DNA from: an uncultured Bacteroidales bacterium
GTDB lineage: Bacteria > Bacteroidota > Bacteroidia > Bacteroidales > UBA3663
Assembly: GCA_905235375.1 (NCBI GenBank)
Contig: CAJOLH010000002.1
Location: 13,416 to 77,415 of the forward strand
DNA length: 64,000 bases
Direction of reading: 5' to 3'
Below, piece after piece: positions 18,187 through 28,004 of this stretch (position 1 is the first letter of the stretch; each line of letters starts with the position of its first letter). A program made the position numbers and the translations under genes. Under the pieces are notes generated by a model that was not told the DNA's origin, did no database searches, and saw only the letters and a list, made by a program, of their open reading frames with translations.

Positions 18187-20019
18187 ATGAAAACAGCGCA
18201 TTTACTGGTCTTCTCTTTATTCTTATTGAGTTCCTCTCTTTCTGCACAGGACGAAGTGCAAGAGCGTTTTTCTTTGCAAAACAGAATTATGCCGCAGGAA
18301 AAGTTGCACATTATGACCGACCGCAACATCTATGTCGGCGGCGACACCATCTGGCTGCGTCCCTTCATCGTCGATGGCCTTACCATGAAGCCCGCACTCT
18401 TCAGCCGTTTCATCTACGTCGAGCTTTTGAGCCAAACCGACAGCCTCGTCTTTCGCGCCAAGCTCCACCAGCAGCCCGAACGTGACGACTACAACATGCG
18501 CGGCTACATTCCCCTCGACCCGACTTTGCCATCAGGCATCTACACCCTCGTCGGCTACACGCGTTGGATGATCAATGCAGGCGAACAATACTTCTTCAAG
18601 CGCAACGTGCAGGTGGTCAATGCGCGCGACCTCAGTAGCGGCATTTACCCACGGCTGCTGACACAAACCACTCAGGAGGATGCCTATCATCCCATCGACC
18701 GCACATCGTTGCTCAAAGCCGACCACAACCCACGCGTCCATCATCCCGAAATCAGGATCGACAAGGAAAACTACAGCCAGCGGACCCTTGTGGAAGTGAG
18801 TTTCCGGGCACCCGCCAACACCGTCCTCGCCGCTTCGGTAACCGACGATACAGCTGCACCCATCGACCCGACCAATGCCATCCAATACGAACTCTTCGGA
18901 CAACCGTTCCTCCACAGCATCAAAGACATGGAGAAAGGCAAATTACGCTATCCCGTTTACCTTCCCGAGGAATTTGAAATCATCACCGGACGTGTCAGGA
19001 GCTCCATTCGCGGGCGACTTTTGTCGGGCGTCGAGGTAAGCCTGATCGCCCCGACACAAGGCTATGTGGATGAGCAGGTCACCAACGAAGAGGGTCTATT
19101 CACATTCGACGGCTTTGACCTGCCCGATGGCACCAGGTTCTTCCTGCGTTCACACGACGAGGCTGGCAAGGATGTGGGGGAGATTGAGCTGCTTCCAGAA
19201 CTTTTCGCCAAGGATGTTCACCACCTCGAAGCCACCTCATCCGACGTCGAAAGCCAAGCGTTCTACGACAATCTCATCAACCGAATGAAGTACAACAACG
19301 GCCAGTGGGAGATTCTGCTCAACGAAATCGACGTGGTGGGACGCACACGCGAACAAGAAGACCTTGCTGGACGAAATGCCTATACACGCCTCGACCACAG
19401 CAAGGTGGTTGAATACAAGGACTACACATTCGAGACCCTGCTCAATGCCATCCCCGGTGTCACCGTACGCGACAATCATCCACACTTCCGCAACGAGCCC
19501 TTGCTTGTGATGATTGACAATGTCCTGATCCAACCGCCTTTTGGTATGAAGATACCTGATTACCTCAACCAGATTTGCCCACCTTATTACGTGGATTACA
19601 TGGACATCGTAAACACGACTGCAGTAGCCACTGTCTCGAGAACAATCGGCCCCAAGGGAGGTGCCGCTGGCGGACAAGACAAAGCATTACGCACCCACAA
19701 CTATTGCCTCCGCATCTTCACCTTGAAGGAGATTCCCAACGTCGGCCAGGAATCGCGCGTGAAGGAATTCACACCTCTCGGATACCAGCATCCGCGCACG
19801 TTCAACAACGGTATCTATCAAGGCCCCACCACACCCAATGGCACCGACCAGCGCACCACGCTCTACTGGAATCCAAACCTCATAGTCAATGCCGATGGCC
19901 AATGCTCCTTCCGCTTTTGGACAAACGATGCACAAGGCACCACCTGCACCATCCGCATCGAAGGCGTTTCGGACGATGGCAACATCATATCAACTTCGAA
20001 GACAATACGAATAGAATGA
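18187..20019 (+). CDS. Secreted hypothetical protein with a carboxypeptidase-regulatory-like fold and a Plug-like segment
   Basis: 610 aa with a signal peptide. ITGRVRSS..LSGVEVSLIAP...TNEEGLFTF resembles CarboxypepD_reg. LLNAIPGVTV...PLLVMIDNV is Plug-like. No TonB-dependent barrel follows. Confidence 0.55.
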   Translation: MKTAHLLVFSLFLLSSSLSAQDEVQERFSLQNRIMPQEKLHIMTDRNIYVGGDTIWLRPFIVDGLTMKPALFSRFIYVELLSQTDSLVFRAKLHQQPERDDYNMRGYIPLDPTLPSGIYTLVGYTRWMINAGEQYFFKRNVQVVNARDLSSGIYPRLLTQTTQEDAYHPIDRTSLLKADHNPRVHHPEIRIDKENYSQRTLVEVSFRAPANTVLAASVTDDTAAPIDPTNAIQYELFGQPFLHSIKDMEKGKLRYPVYLPEEFEIITGRVRSSIRGRLLSGVEVSLIAPTQGYVDEQVTNEEGLFTFDGFDLPDGTRFFLRSHDEAGKDVGEIELLPELFAKDVHHLEATSSDVESQAFYDNLINRMKYNNGQWEILLNEIDVVGRTREQEDLAGRNAYTRLDHSKVVEYKDYTFETLLNAIPGVTVRDNHPHFRNEPLLVMIDNVLIQPPFGMKIPDYLNQICPPYYVDYMDIVNTTAVATVSRTIGPKGGAAGGQDKALRTHNYCLRIFTLKEIPNVGQESRVKEFTPLGYQHPRTFNNGIYQGPTTPNGTDQRTTLYWNPNLIVNADGQCSFRFWTNDAQGTTCTIRIEGVSDDGNIISTSKTIRIE

Positions 20020-20061
20020 ATTTCAAACAGCAATAAATCAAATCCTACATCCATACTCAGC

Positions 20062-20088
20062 AATGCCGGCTCTCATTGAGTCGGCATT
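20062..20088. terminator. Hairpin AATGCCGGCTC-N5-GAGTCGGCATT between convergent genes (same element as at 25580)
   Basis: 11 bp stem with one G-T pair. It lies between the 18187 gene (plus strand) and susD-like (minus strand) 3' ends. Confidence 0.45.
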
Positions 20089-20158
20089 GTCATTATCATC
20101 ATTGTTCGTTATCATTCCTTGTCAGCACTCTTACCCCTCAAAATACTTCAGAAATACT

Positions 20159-21811
20159 CTAATACCCTGGGTTCTGATGTAGATTGGGGTTGAGAATCAA
20201 GACGTCGCCAGGGATGGGGAAGACGGTAGTGAAGCCCTTGGGGTCGTCGATAGCGTTGAAGCGGTTATCGTAACGGGTGGTGAACTTGCTAAATCGGATG
20301 AGGTCGTTGCGGCGCCAGCCTTCCCACATCAGTTCGAGCAGACGCTCGGTGAGCAGGTTGTCGAGGGTGGCTTCGCGTTTATCGACAAAGGCACGTTCGC
20401 GTATCATGTTCATTTCGTCCTGGCCGCTCTCGCCATTGCGCACTTTCGCTTCGGCTTTCATTAGGATCACGTCAGCATAGCGGAAGAGGACGATGTCGTT
20501 ATTCTGCAGCGTGCCGTCGTTGTAGGCCGTGTAGTCGGTTTCGTACTTCGCCATGCGTGCCCCGCCATTGCGTTCGAACGGTGAACCAGTGAGGTACTCG
20601 TCCACTTCGAGAGGATGATAGACGAGGGGGTTGCCATAGCCGTCATCGACCAGCTTGTCGTTAACATACACCGTGTCGGCGAAGAAATTGTAGTAGTAAC
20701 GGGGGTCCACCTTCGAGTAGTCACGTTGCTCTGGGTTGTCTGCATAGATGCCATAGGCGTGCATAGTACTGATGGTGGCGCAGGTGCCGTTCTCTGTACC
20801 CCATCCAAGGGCACCTCCGTGGGCGCTGTGTAAGCTTCGGAAAATGTAGTGGAAGGTGTTGTTGTAGTGCGTGTTGTCCATCGGGATTACGAAGATGTTC
20901 TCATGGGAGCTCTCGTTGTGGATCGAGAAGTTCAGCCCATAGTTCTCTTCAAGGTAATAATCCATCGACAGTTCGTTGATGGCTTCGCAATAGGCAATGG
21001 TTGTCTGCCAGGCATTGAGGCGCTCTCCATCGACATCGAAGAAGATGTCCCTGCCGTCGGGTCGATTTTCGTCCGTCCAATTGTCGTCACTATAGATCTC
21101 GGCATTGATTGCCAGCTTAGCCAGCAGGAAGTAGGCAACAGGGCGTGTGAAGCGTCCGTAATAGTTTCCTAACCAGTTGCTACGCTCATATACCAAGTGC
21201 GGTGCAACCTCCTGCAGCTCGTTGAAGATGAAGCGATAGATGGTGCTGCGCTTGCTCTGCACGATGTTCTCAAGCGATTCGTTGTAATCGGTCACCAGAG
21301 GGATGTTGCCGAACATGTCCATCGCATAGAAATAGAACATGGCACGCAGGCCACGTACCTCAGCGGTGTAGGCATCGTACTGCTCGTTGGTCAGCACCAG
21401 GCGGAATCGATAGCGATCGATGAAGTAGAGTGAACGGTTGCAGCGAGCGATGACCTCGTAGAGGTACTTCCATGTGCTGCTCAGCTCGCCGTCCGAAGCT
21501 GTCCACTTATGGTTGTAGAGTCGGTTCCAGAAGCCACCATCGTCCCAGTCAGCGCCGCGCACGGGCATCATCTGCTCATCGGTGGTGATGGAGTTCCAGT
21601 CATAGACGCCGCGAATCGTCCCCTGCAGGCCGTGGCTTGGTGTGCTGCCTCCTATATAATTATAAAGGTCGCCCACAAGGTCGCGTTCGATTTCGACAGC
21701 CGAGGTATAGGCATCGTCTTCCTCGATCTTGCCCTTGGGATATTCTTCAAGGCAGGAGTTGAAAGTCAAACCTGCCAGCAGGGTTCCGAACAATAGAATA
21801 TTTCTTTTCAT
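20159..21811 (-). CDS. SusD/RagB-family outer-membrane glycan-binding lipoprotein
   Basis: 550 aa. Lipoprotein signal (TFNSC), a TPR-like SusD body, and the C-terminal pattern RxELxxEGxRxxDLxR (RLLELMWEGWRRNDLIRF). It lies immediately downstream of susC-like. Confidence 0.9.
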   Translation of the reverse strand: MKRNILLFGTLLAGLTFNSCLEEYPKGKIEEDDAYTSAVEIERDLVGDLYNYIGGSTPSHGLQGTIRGVYDWNSITTDEQMMPVRGADWDDGGFWNRLYNHKWTASDGELSSTWKYLYEVIARCNRSLYFIDRYRFRLVLTNEQYDAYTAEVRGLRAMFYFYAMDMFGNIPLVTDYNESLENIVQSKRSTIYRFIFNELQEVAPHLVYERSNWLGNYYGRFTRPVAYFLLAKLAINAEIYSDDNWTDENRPDGRDIFFDVDGERLNAWQTTIAYCEAINELSMDYYLEENYGLNFSIHNESSHENIFVIPMDNTHYNNTFHYIFRSLHSAHGGALGWGTENGTCATISTMHAYGIYADNPEQRDYSKVDPRYYYNFFADTVYVNDKLVDDGYGNPLVYHPLEVDEYLTGSPFERNGGARMAKYETDYTAYNDGTLQNNDIVLFRYADVILMKAEAKVRNGESGQDEMNMIRERAFVDKREATLDNLLTERLLELMWEGWRRNDLIRFSKFTTRYDNRFNAIDDPKGFTTVFPIPGDVLILNPNLHQNPGY

Positions 21812-21828
21812 ACTGATTACAAGCTAAA

Positions 21829-24546
21829 TTAGAACTGAATGCTGAAGGCGATACTGTAGGAACGGAAGGGAGGATAGCTATACTTGTCGTCGATGCCCAT
21901 GGTGCCATTCACAGCGAAGCTGTTGATCATTGGAGTGAGACCGCTGTAGCCGGTGATTGTGGCAAGGTTGTTGATCGAGAACGACAGGCGCATCGAATTG
22001 ATCTGGTCGGTAATGAGGTCGATCGGGATGTTCCAACCCACGGTCAGGTAGTCGAAATTGAGGTAGTCGCCCGATTCGAGCCAGTAGTCGGTGGCCGTTT
22101 GGTCGTCGATGTTCTTGGCTGGCGCATCCTTCATTACATTGTAGTCGGGGAAGCTTCCCATATTCATGTACGAAAGGCTTGTGCCATTGAAGATCTTGTG
22201 TCCAAAGGCACCGTTCATCTGAAGCGATATGTCGAAGTCGCGGTAGCGAAAACTGATGTTCGAACCAAGCGTCCACTTGGGCATTGCCTGTCCAGCAATG
22301 TAGCGGTCGCCGCCGTCCTCGATGTTGATGAGACCGTTGCCGTCGAGATCCTCGATTTCATAGTAGTTGGTGCCATCGCCCAACGTCTCGATGCCAGTGC
22401 AATGGGGCAGGTAGAACACGCCCAGTGGCTGGCCGACAATCTGATAGACGATTTTGTTGTTGCCGCCGTGGAAGCCTGCGCCGTTGAGCGAGGCGATAGG
22501 TGCCATGTCGGGGGCTGTGAAATAGGTGCCGTTGTAGTTACCGCTTAGCGAGATGAGTTTGTTTTTCTGATAGGAAAGGTTCACGTTGATGTTGAGGTCA
22601 TAGTCGCGCCTGTGTATTGGCGAGTAACCGATGCCGAGCTCGAAGCCCTGATTGCTCATGCGACCCAGATTGGCCAGCATCTTGTCGAAGGTGTAAGGTG
22701 GCACGGGCACGTCGTAGAGATAGAGCATGTCGCGTGTCTTCGAATAGTAGTATTCGGCGGTCAGCACCACCATGTTGTCGAAGAAGCCCATGTCGGCACC
22801 GAGGTTGAACGTGCTACGACGCTCCCAATGTAGGTCTGGGTTGGGGTTCGTCTGGATTGTGTAGGTTACCGTGGCATTGCCGTACCACGGCACGAGACCA
22901 GTGGGTTGAAGGAGGGCCAACGTGTTGTAGGCGGTGATGCCGCCCAAATTGCCCGAAACTCCCGAACCCATGCGTAGCTTCAACAGGCTGAGCCAGTCGA
23001 AATCCTCGAGGAAGGCCTCCTTTCGCAGGTCCCATGTGGCCGAAATCGAGGGGAAGAGGCCCCACTTGTGTTCGTCGGCAAACATTGAGCTGCCGTCGGC
23101 GCGGGCATTGATCGTGAAGGTATAGCGATCCTTCAGCTTGTAATTGGCCTGTGCGAGGAATGAGAGCAAAGCATTGTTGCTGTAGTCACTGCCCGTGGAT
23201 CCGTAGTGCCGTATGCTGCCGGCCTCCAGGTCGTTGAACGAAACGGAGTTGTTGCTCAGGCCGCGCACTGTGACGTTAAAGCCTGTCTGGGTGGTTGACT
23301 GGTATTCGCTCATGAGTTTCACGTCGAGGTGATGGATATCCCATTCGTGGCTCCAGTTACCCGACACGTTGGCGAGCCAGGCTTCGGTCTTGGTTTCAGC
23401 TCGGTCGGCTTGTCCGTGAGCCCACACCGAGTTTGGCTTGAACTGGGCATTCTCGAAAGAGTTGAACGAATACGATCCAAAAACTTCGAGGTTCAATTCG
23501 GAGGTAATGCGATAGGAGAGCTTTAAGTGGGTGTTGAAGTTCAGTATCTTGTCCTTGTCTTCCTCATCGAGCAGGGCGAGCGGATTGTTAATCTGTGAGG
23601 CATTGGTGTTCTTGTCCCAGCCACCACTGCTGTTCCTGCCGTTCGAGAAGGTCGGGTTCTGAGTGGCTGCCGAATAGAAAAGACGCTGTTCGTCGAAGAT
23701 CTCGTTGTTGCGCTGGCTGCTGCCCACTACACCGAGGTCGATGGTCATCAGATCGTCAAAAGCTTTCTGCGTCACATCAACCTTTGCAGCAAAACTGCGG
23801 TAGCCGTTGTTGCGAATCACCGTGTTTTCGCCCATGTATGCCAAGGAGGCGCGGTACTGCTGCTTGTTGCTGCCTCCACTGAAGGCGATGTGGTGGTTCT
23901 GGACAAATCCTGTGCGCTGCAGGCTCTTCTGGAAGTCGGTGTCGTGTCCGCCATCAACATACATTTTCTTTAACTGCCGTGCGGTTGCGATATAGGTGGG
24001 GCCGTCGAGCATCTCGATCTGGCGGTAGGCAGCTTCAATGCCGAAGTTACAGTCGTAAGAGATGTGGAACTGAGAGCCTTGTCCCTTCTTCGTGGTCACC
24101 TGAATGACACCCGAAGCACCCCGCGAGCCATAGGGTGCCGTTTCGGCTGCATTCTTTAGGATGGTGAAACTTTCGATGTCTGCAGGGTAGATGCCAGAGA
24201 GTGTTGATAGGTCGCTATATACGCCGTCGATGATGACCAAAGGTTCGTTGCCGCCTGTCAATGATGTGGTTCCGCGAAGACGCACGCTGCTCAGCATAGC
24301 AATGCGGTCGCCACCGCTCGACTGGACGTTCAGTCCGGCTGCCTGTCCTGTAAGAGCTTGCAGCGAGTTGGTCATCAGTCCTCGGTTTAATCGGCTTTTG
24401 TCGATGACTACAGTCGAGCCGCTCGGCTTCAACCTAAGGCTGTCATTTGTCACCTCAAAGTTGTGCGATTGTGCATTTGCCACCGTACAAAGTGCCAGTA
24501 GCGAAACGATGATTGCCGGGAGCTCCAGCTTTCTTTTTCTGCCCAT
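21829..24546 (-). CDS. SusC-like TonB-dependent outer-membrane transporter
   Basis: 905 aa from ATG 24546 (MGRKRKLELPAI...; the ORF-track start at 24576 is less likely). Plug motifs (IESFTILKNAAETAPYGSRGASGVIQVTTKKG) and the barrel terminal motif ...YSIAFSIQF. Confidence 0.9.
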   Translation of the reverse strand: MGRKRKLELPAIIVSLLALCTVANAQSHNFEVTNDSLRLKPSGSTVVIDKSRLNRGLMTNSLQALTGQAAGLNVQSSGGDRIAMLSSVRLRGTTSLTGGNEPLVIIDGVYSDLSTLSGIYPADIESFTILKNAAETAPYGSRGASGVIQVTTKKGQGSQFHISYDCNFGIEAAYRQIEMLDGPTYIATARQLKKMYVDGGHDTDFQKSLQRTGFVQNHHIAFSGGSNKQQYRASLAYMGENTVIRNNGYRSFAAKVDVTQKAFDDLMTIDLGVVGSSQRNNEIFDEQRLFYSAATQNPTFSNGRNSSGGWDKNTNASQINNPLALLDEEDKDKILNFNTHLKLSYRITSELNLEVFGSYSFNSFENAQFKPNSVWAHGQADRAETKTEAWLANVSGNWSHEWDIHHLDVKLMSEYQSTTQTGFNVTVRGLSNNSVSFNDLEAGSIRHYGSTGSDYSNNALLSFLAQANYKLKDRYTFTINARADGSSMFADEHKWGLFPSISATWDLRKEAFLEDFDWLSLLKLRMGSGVSGNLGGITAYNTLALLQPTGLVPWYGNATVTYTIQTNPNPDLHWERRSTFNLGADMGFFDNMVVLTAEYYYSKTRDMLYLYDVPVPPYTFDKMLANLGRMSNQGFELGIGYSPIHRRDYDLNINVNLSYQKNKLISLSGNYNGTYFTAPDMAPIASLNGAGFHGGNNKIVYQIVGQPLGVFYLPHCTGIETLGDGTNYYEIEDLDGNGLINIEDGGDRYIAGQAMPKWTLGSNISFRYRDFDISLQMNGAFGHKIFNGTSLSYMNMGSFPDYNVMKDAPAKNIDDQTATDYWLESGDYLNFDYLTVGWNIPIDLITDQINSMRLSFSINNLATITGYSGLTPMINSFAVNGTMGIDDKYSYPPFRSYSIAFSIQF

Positions 24547-24595
24547 AGTGTTTAAGGTAATATAGAAAAATATCAATTATTGCATGATTTTACTG

Positions 24596-24603
24596 CAAAG
24601 ATA
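24596..24603 (-). promoter_or_regulatory. -7 box TATCTTTG (minus strand) upstream of susC-like
   Basis: The plus strand reads CAAAGATA at 24596-24603, about 50 nt upstream of ATG 24546. Confidence 0.45.
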
Positions 24604-25247
24604 CACACTCTTCCTAACAATTCCAAATTTCTTGCCGTTTTTTTGCTTCTTGATGCCTATTTTATGGGAGTTAATGGGAGTTTACGTGAGTTAATGGTAA
24701 GCAATACCACCTATGAATCGAATGGATGCCGTAAAACAATGAAACTATTATTAAGATTATAGAGTAAAAGATATCGGATAAAACCATCTCAGAATCACAA
24801 GTAATCTATGAATAATCATAGTATGTCCTCTATCGCATCATAGAGGACATGATTCTTCTGTTGTAAGTTCCACAATGTATCATAGGGGATATGCGATTGT
24901 CGCGAGATGTAACCCAGCGTACAATAGATGACATACCTCCATCGGAAGACCAATTATTTACTGACGAACTCATGATTCAATGATCTTCCCTTTGGGCACA
25001 CTATTCATGACGTATGGAGTAAAGTTCATTTGCAAATCTGAACAACCCCAAAAAAGCAATCATAATTACGATAAATGACAATGTATTTTCTAAAAACCTT
25101 ATTATTCGTAGTGTTTATCCACATTTTACAAGTGAGATACAAGGTTAAATCAAAAAAACTAATTACCTTTGTAACATCAATAAATAGAATTTATGAACCT
25201 GATTTATTAAATACCATTCAATAATCATTAACTTACGTGAGAATCAC

Positions 25248-25540
25248 ATGAAAAAACTAATTGGAATCCTGTCGGCCGTGTAATTGTTGTCGCAGGTTAC
25301 TGTCAACGCTCAAGAAGTGGCAGTACAATTTAAGGTGGCAACCCTCAACGTTGACGGTTTGCCTCAGAAGATTTTATTCATCGTCACCCGCTCCTGCACC
25401 CGAAAACAATCCTGCCTCGATGTTCATGTCCCAAAAGGAAGACACTCCTCTCTTCCTACTCAACTATTACGAGCAGACATTAGCTACCTGGTTCATGCTC
25501 GCAGGCTACAATGTACAGTATGAAACTTGGGACTGGTAAT
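25248..25540 (+). pseudogene. Decayed remnant of an endonuclease/exonuclease/phosphatase (EEP)-family secreted protein
   Basis: ATG 25248 encodes MKKLIGILSAV and then an in-frame TAA (25281-25283). The same frame continues LLSQVTVNAQEVAVQFKVATLNVDGLPQKI, an EEP-like N-terminus. After that the sense is lost (frame shift) and the remnant ends by about 25540. TACCTTTG at 25164-25171 looks like a retained -7 box. Confidence 0.5.
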
Positions 25541-25579
25541 GCCTATCCCCATCTTCATCTACCTTTCCCAATCACAATT

Positions 25580-25605
25580 AATGCCGGCTCCAATGAGTCG
25601 GCATT
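25580..25605. terminator. Hairpin AATGCCGGCTC-N4-GAGTCGGCATT (second copy), followed by ATTGTTTT
   Basis: The arms are the same as at 20062-20088. It lies between the pseudogene (plus strand) and the pectate lyase stop (minus strand). Confidence 0.5.
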
Positions 25606-25640
25606 ATTGTTTTCGCTCGCAGCCTATCCAGCCGCCGTTC

Positions 25641-27986
25641 TCACTTCACCAGCACCACGCGTCTGCCGCTTACCAGCACGCCACGCTGCTCTGGACGAAC
25701 CTTTCGTCCCATCAGGTCATAAGCCACGCCAGCAGGGGAGGAGTCAACACGAACGGTTTGTATCGCATCCTCGCCCTTCACGCGCATCACGATGATGCCC
25801 TGCACATGGAGCGAGCCCGAAGCAGTATTGGTGAGCTGCACATACTTATAAGGAGTGTCGAGCGTGACGCCAAGCTCCTTGACACCCTTGCTTCCACTAT
25901 ATTCGGTTATCTTGGTGAAGTTCACGCCATCGTCACTTCCTAAAACATTGCCCCCAAATGAACCCGTACGTGCCAGATAATAATCAACCGACGTGATGCC
26001 ATCGGGACAATAGACGGTCATCGTGCCCGTGCTCTTGGCAAGCTGAATGGAGCCCACTTTGTCGGAATACACTGTTCCATCGCTGCCTGCCACGTTCGAC
26101 GTGGTTTGGAACTTGCTGTCAGCATCCAGTACGATAACGCCTGAGGCCAGATAGGCATTCACGGTCTCTTCGTTTGCAGCATTGAACCAGAAGTAGTCAA
26201 ACTTTCCGTCGCCCAGATCCGAAGCGATGTATGCCTCGCTGTCAGCCGTTGGTTCGGTACTGCCGCCACCTGCCCACGAAGGGATATATGCATCGTTTTC
26301 GGCCTGATCCATACCCACGCCATCACCGCCATTCACCGTTTCTGCAGCACCTCCATTGCTGATTATCGTGCCATCGGCAAAGCCTACGAGTGTGCTCTGA
26401 TAATTGAGCAGCGCCGTCTTGAGGTCAGTGATCACATCGGAGTTTTCGTCCTGCTTCGAATTGCGGAACGTCCACTTGAAGTCACCATGATTCATGCGCC
26501 CTGCGCCCAATGCGCCTCGAACGATAGTTGGCACATCGGCAGGGGCATCCATCTTATTCTCGAAATATGTGCTTCGAGCGGCGGCATCTGCCTCTGCATT
26601 ATAAGTCGTACCTCCAACGTATGCCTGGGCAGTCACTTCGTCCGAACGATTGGCTACGAGCACGGCATCCCAGCGGCCATTGGTTTGACTGCCATCATAA
26701 TACTGAACTTTCCGCGCATTAAGGATTTCATTGTTGAAGGCCTTGATTACACCGCCATTCTCGCCCGAGAATGTGCCGCTGCCTTCAGCATCCGTACCCT
26801 GCTTCGAAATTAGCATCGGGTACTTGCAGTTACGGAAATAGTTGCTCTCCACGAAAGCCGATCCGCCCATTGTCATGCCCACGCCATACTTCGACACTCC
26901 GTCGAAATAGTTGTTATATACGTGGAAGAACATCGTGCGAATACGTGGATGACGCGAATCGCTGTGGTCGAACCAGTTGTGATGATAGGTGTGCCAGCAG
27001 GCGGTAGTCTCACTCTTCATACCGCCGAGACTTGACTTGCCTGTGTCGAAGAAGTGGTTATACGATACGGTGATGTTCATCGATTCGCCCTTGATATCTA
27101 CCGTTCCGTCGCCCTTGGTCTGGTCGGCATCGCTGCCCGGCTTGCCGTAGAAGAAGTCGCAGTTATGTATCCACACATTCGAGTTGCCGGTGTCGAGCGA
27201 GATGGCATCGTCCATGCAGCACATGATGCCGATGTTACGAACTTCCACACCATGACAGTTACGCACCAGCATACCGAAACCGTGAAAAGCGGCATCTTCG
27301 CCAATGCCTTCAATAGTGATGGGCATATCGTTATATTCGTTCTTGCCCTTCACCTGTAGACCCTCGCCGCTTGAGTCAAAACGGTCCATATCGGCATCCT
27401 TGATGGTACCGATTACGCGGATGTCCAAAGGCGTCGTGTCATATCCCTTTTGATAGCAGGTAATAATGTCCTGCAAGCCCTTTGCTGTGGTGTATTTCGA
27501 CGAGGATGTCTTTACGTCGGTGCTCACCGTCTTGGCATTATCAGCCCAAACATAAATAACCTTTGCACTCTCGCGAAGCGTACCATCGTTACGATAAGCT
27601 CCGATTCCTTCGCTCATACCCACGTGGGCAAAGCCCGAACGATCGTGTGCCGAGGCTGTAAAGACATCTGTCTCCGTTGCGTCATTGCTCACCTCGCCGC
27701 TCACATTCACAGGAACGACCTTGAACTGATACCTTCCGGCCTTCATGCCGACGGCATCGGCACGATAGCAGGTGGGATATTGGCGCACAAGCTCTTTATC
27801 GAGCTGCTTCCATTCGCCACCCTCGGCAGATTTCACATAGACATTGTAGTCGGTAGCCCCCGACACACTCGTCCAGGTCACATAGCCCGACTCAAACCAT
27901 CCTCCTACCTGCTGGACATTCACTTCCGCATGAACCTTCGCATAAAGGCACAGCAGGAATGAGATCAGATAAATAATCCTTTTCAT
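25641..27986 (-). CDS. Polysaccharide lyase family 1 (pectate lyase)-like beta-helix protein with a T9SS C-terminal sorting domain
   Basis: 781 aa with a signal peptide. PL1-type motifs: VWIHNCDFFYG, GDGTVDIKGESMNITVSYNHF, SRHPRIRTMFFHVYNNYF. The C-terminus ...VAYDLMGRKVRPEQRGVLVSGRRVVLVK is a type-A T9SS CTD pattern. Confidence 0.8.
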   Translation of the reverse strand: MKRIIYLISFLLCLYAKVHAEVNVQQVGGWFESGYVTWTSVSGATDYNVYVKSAEGGEWKQLDKELVRQYPTCYRADAVGMKAGRYQFKVVPVNVSGEVSNDATETDVFTASAHDRSGFAHVGMSEGIGAYRNDGTLRESAKVIYVWADNAKTVSTDVKTSSSKYTTAKGLQDIITCYQKGYDTTPLDIRVIGTIKDADMDRFDSSGEGLQVKGKNEYNDMPITIEGIGEDAAFHGFGMLVRNCHGVEVRNIGIMCCMDDAISLDTGNSNVWIHNCDFFYGKPGSDADQTKGDGTVDIKGESMNITVSYNHFFDTGKSSLGGMKSETTACWHTYHHNWFDHSDSRHPRIRTMFFHVYNNYFDGVSKYGVGMTMGGSAFVESNYFRNCKYPMLISKQGTDAEGSGTFSGENGGVIKAFNNEILNARKVQYYDGSQTNGRWDAVLVANRSDEVTAQAYVGGTTYNAEADAAARSTYFENKMDAPADVPTIVRGALGAGRMNHGDFKWTFRNSKQDENSDVITDLKTALLNYQSTLVGFADGTIISNGGAAETVNGGDGVGMDQAENDAYIPSWAGGGSTEPTADSEAYIASDLGDGKFDYFWFNAANEETVNAYLASGVIVLDADSKFQTTSNVAGSDGTVYSDKVGSIQLAKSTGTMTVYCPDGITSVDYYLARTGSFGGNVLGSDDGVNFTKITEYSGSKGVKELGVTLDTPYKYVQLTNTASGSLHVQGIIVMRVKGEDAIQTVRVDSSPAGVAYDLMGRKVRPEQRGVLVSGRRVVLVK

Positions 27987-28004
27987 GATTCTTGTTTACA
28001 TGAA

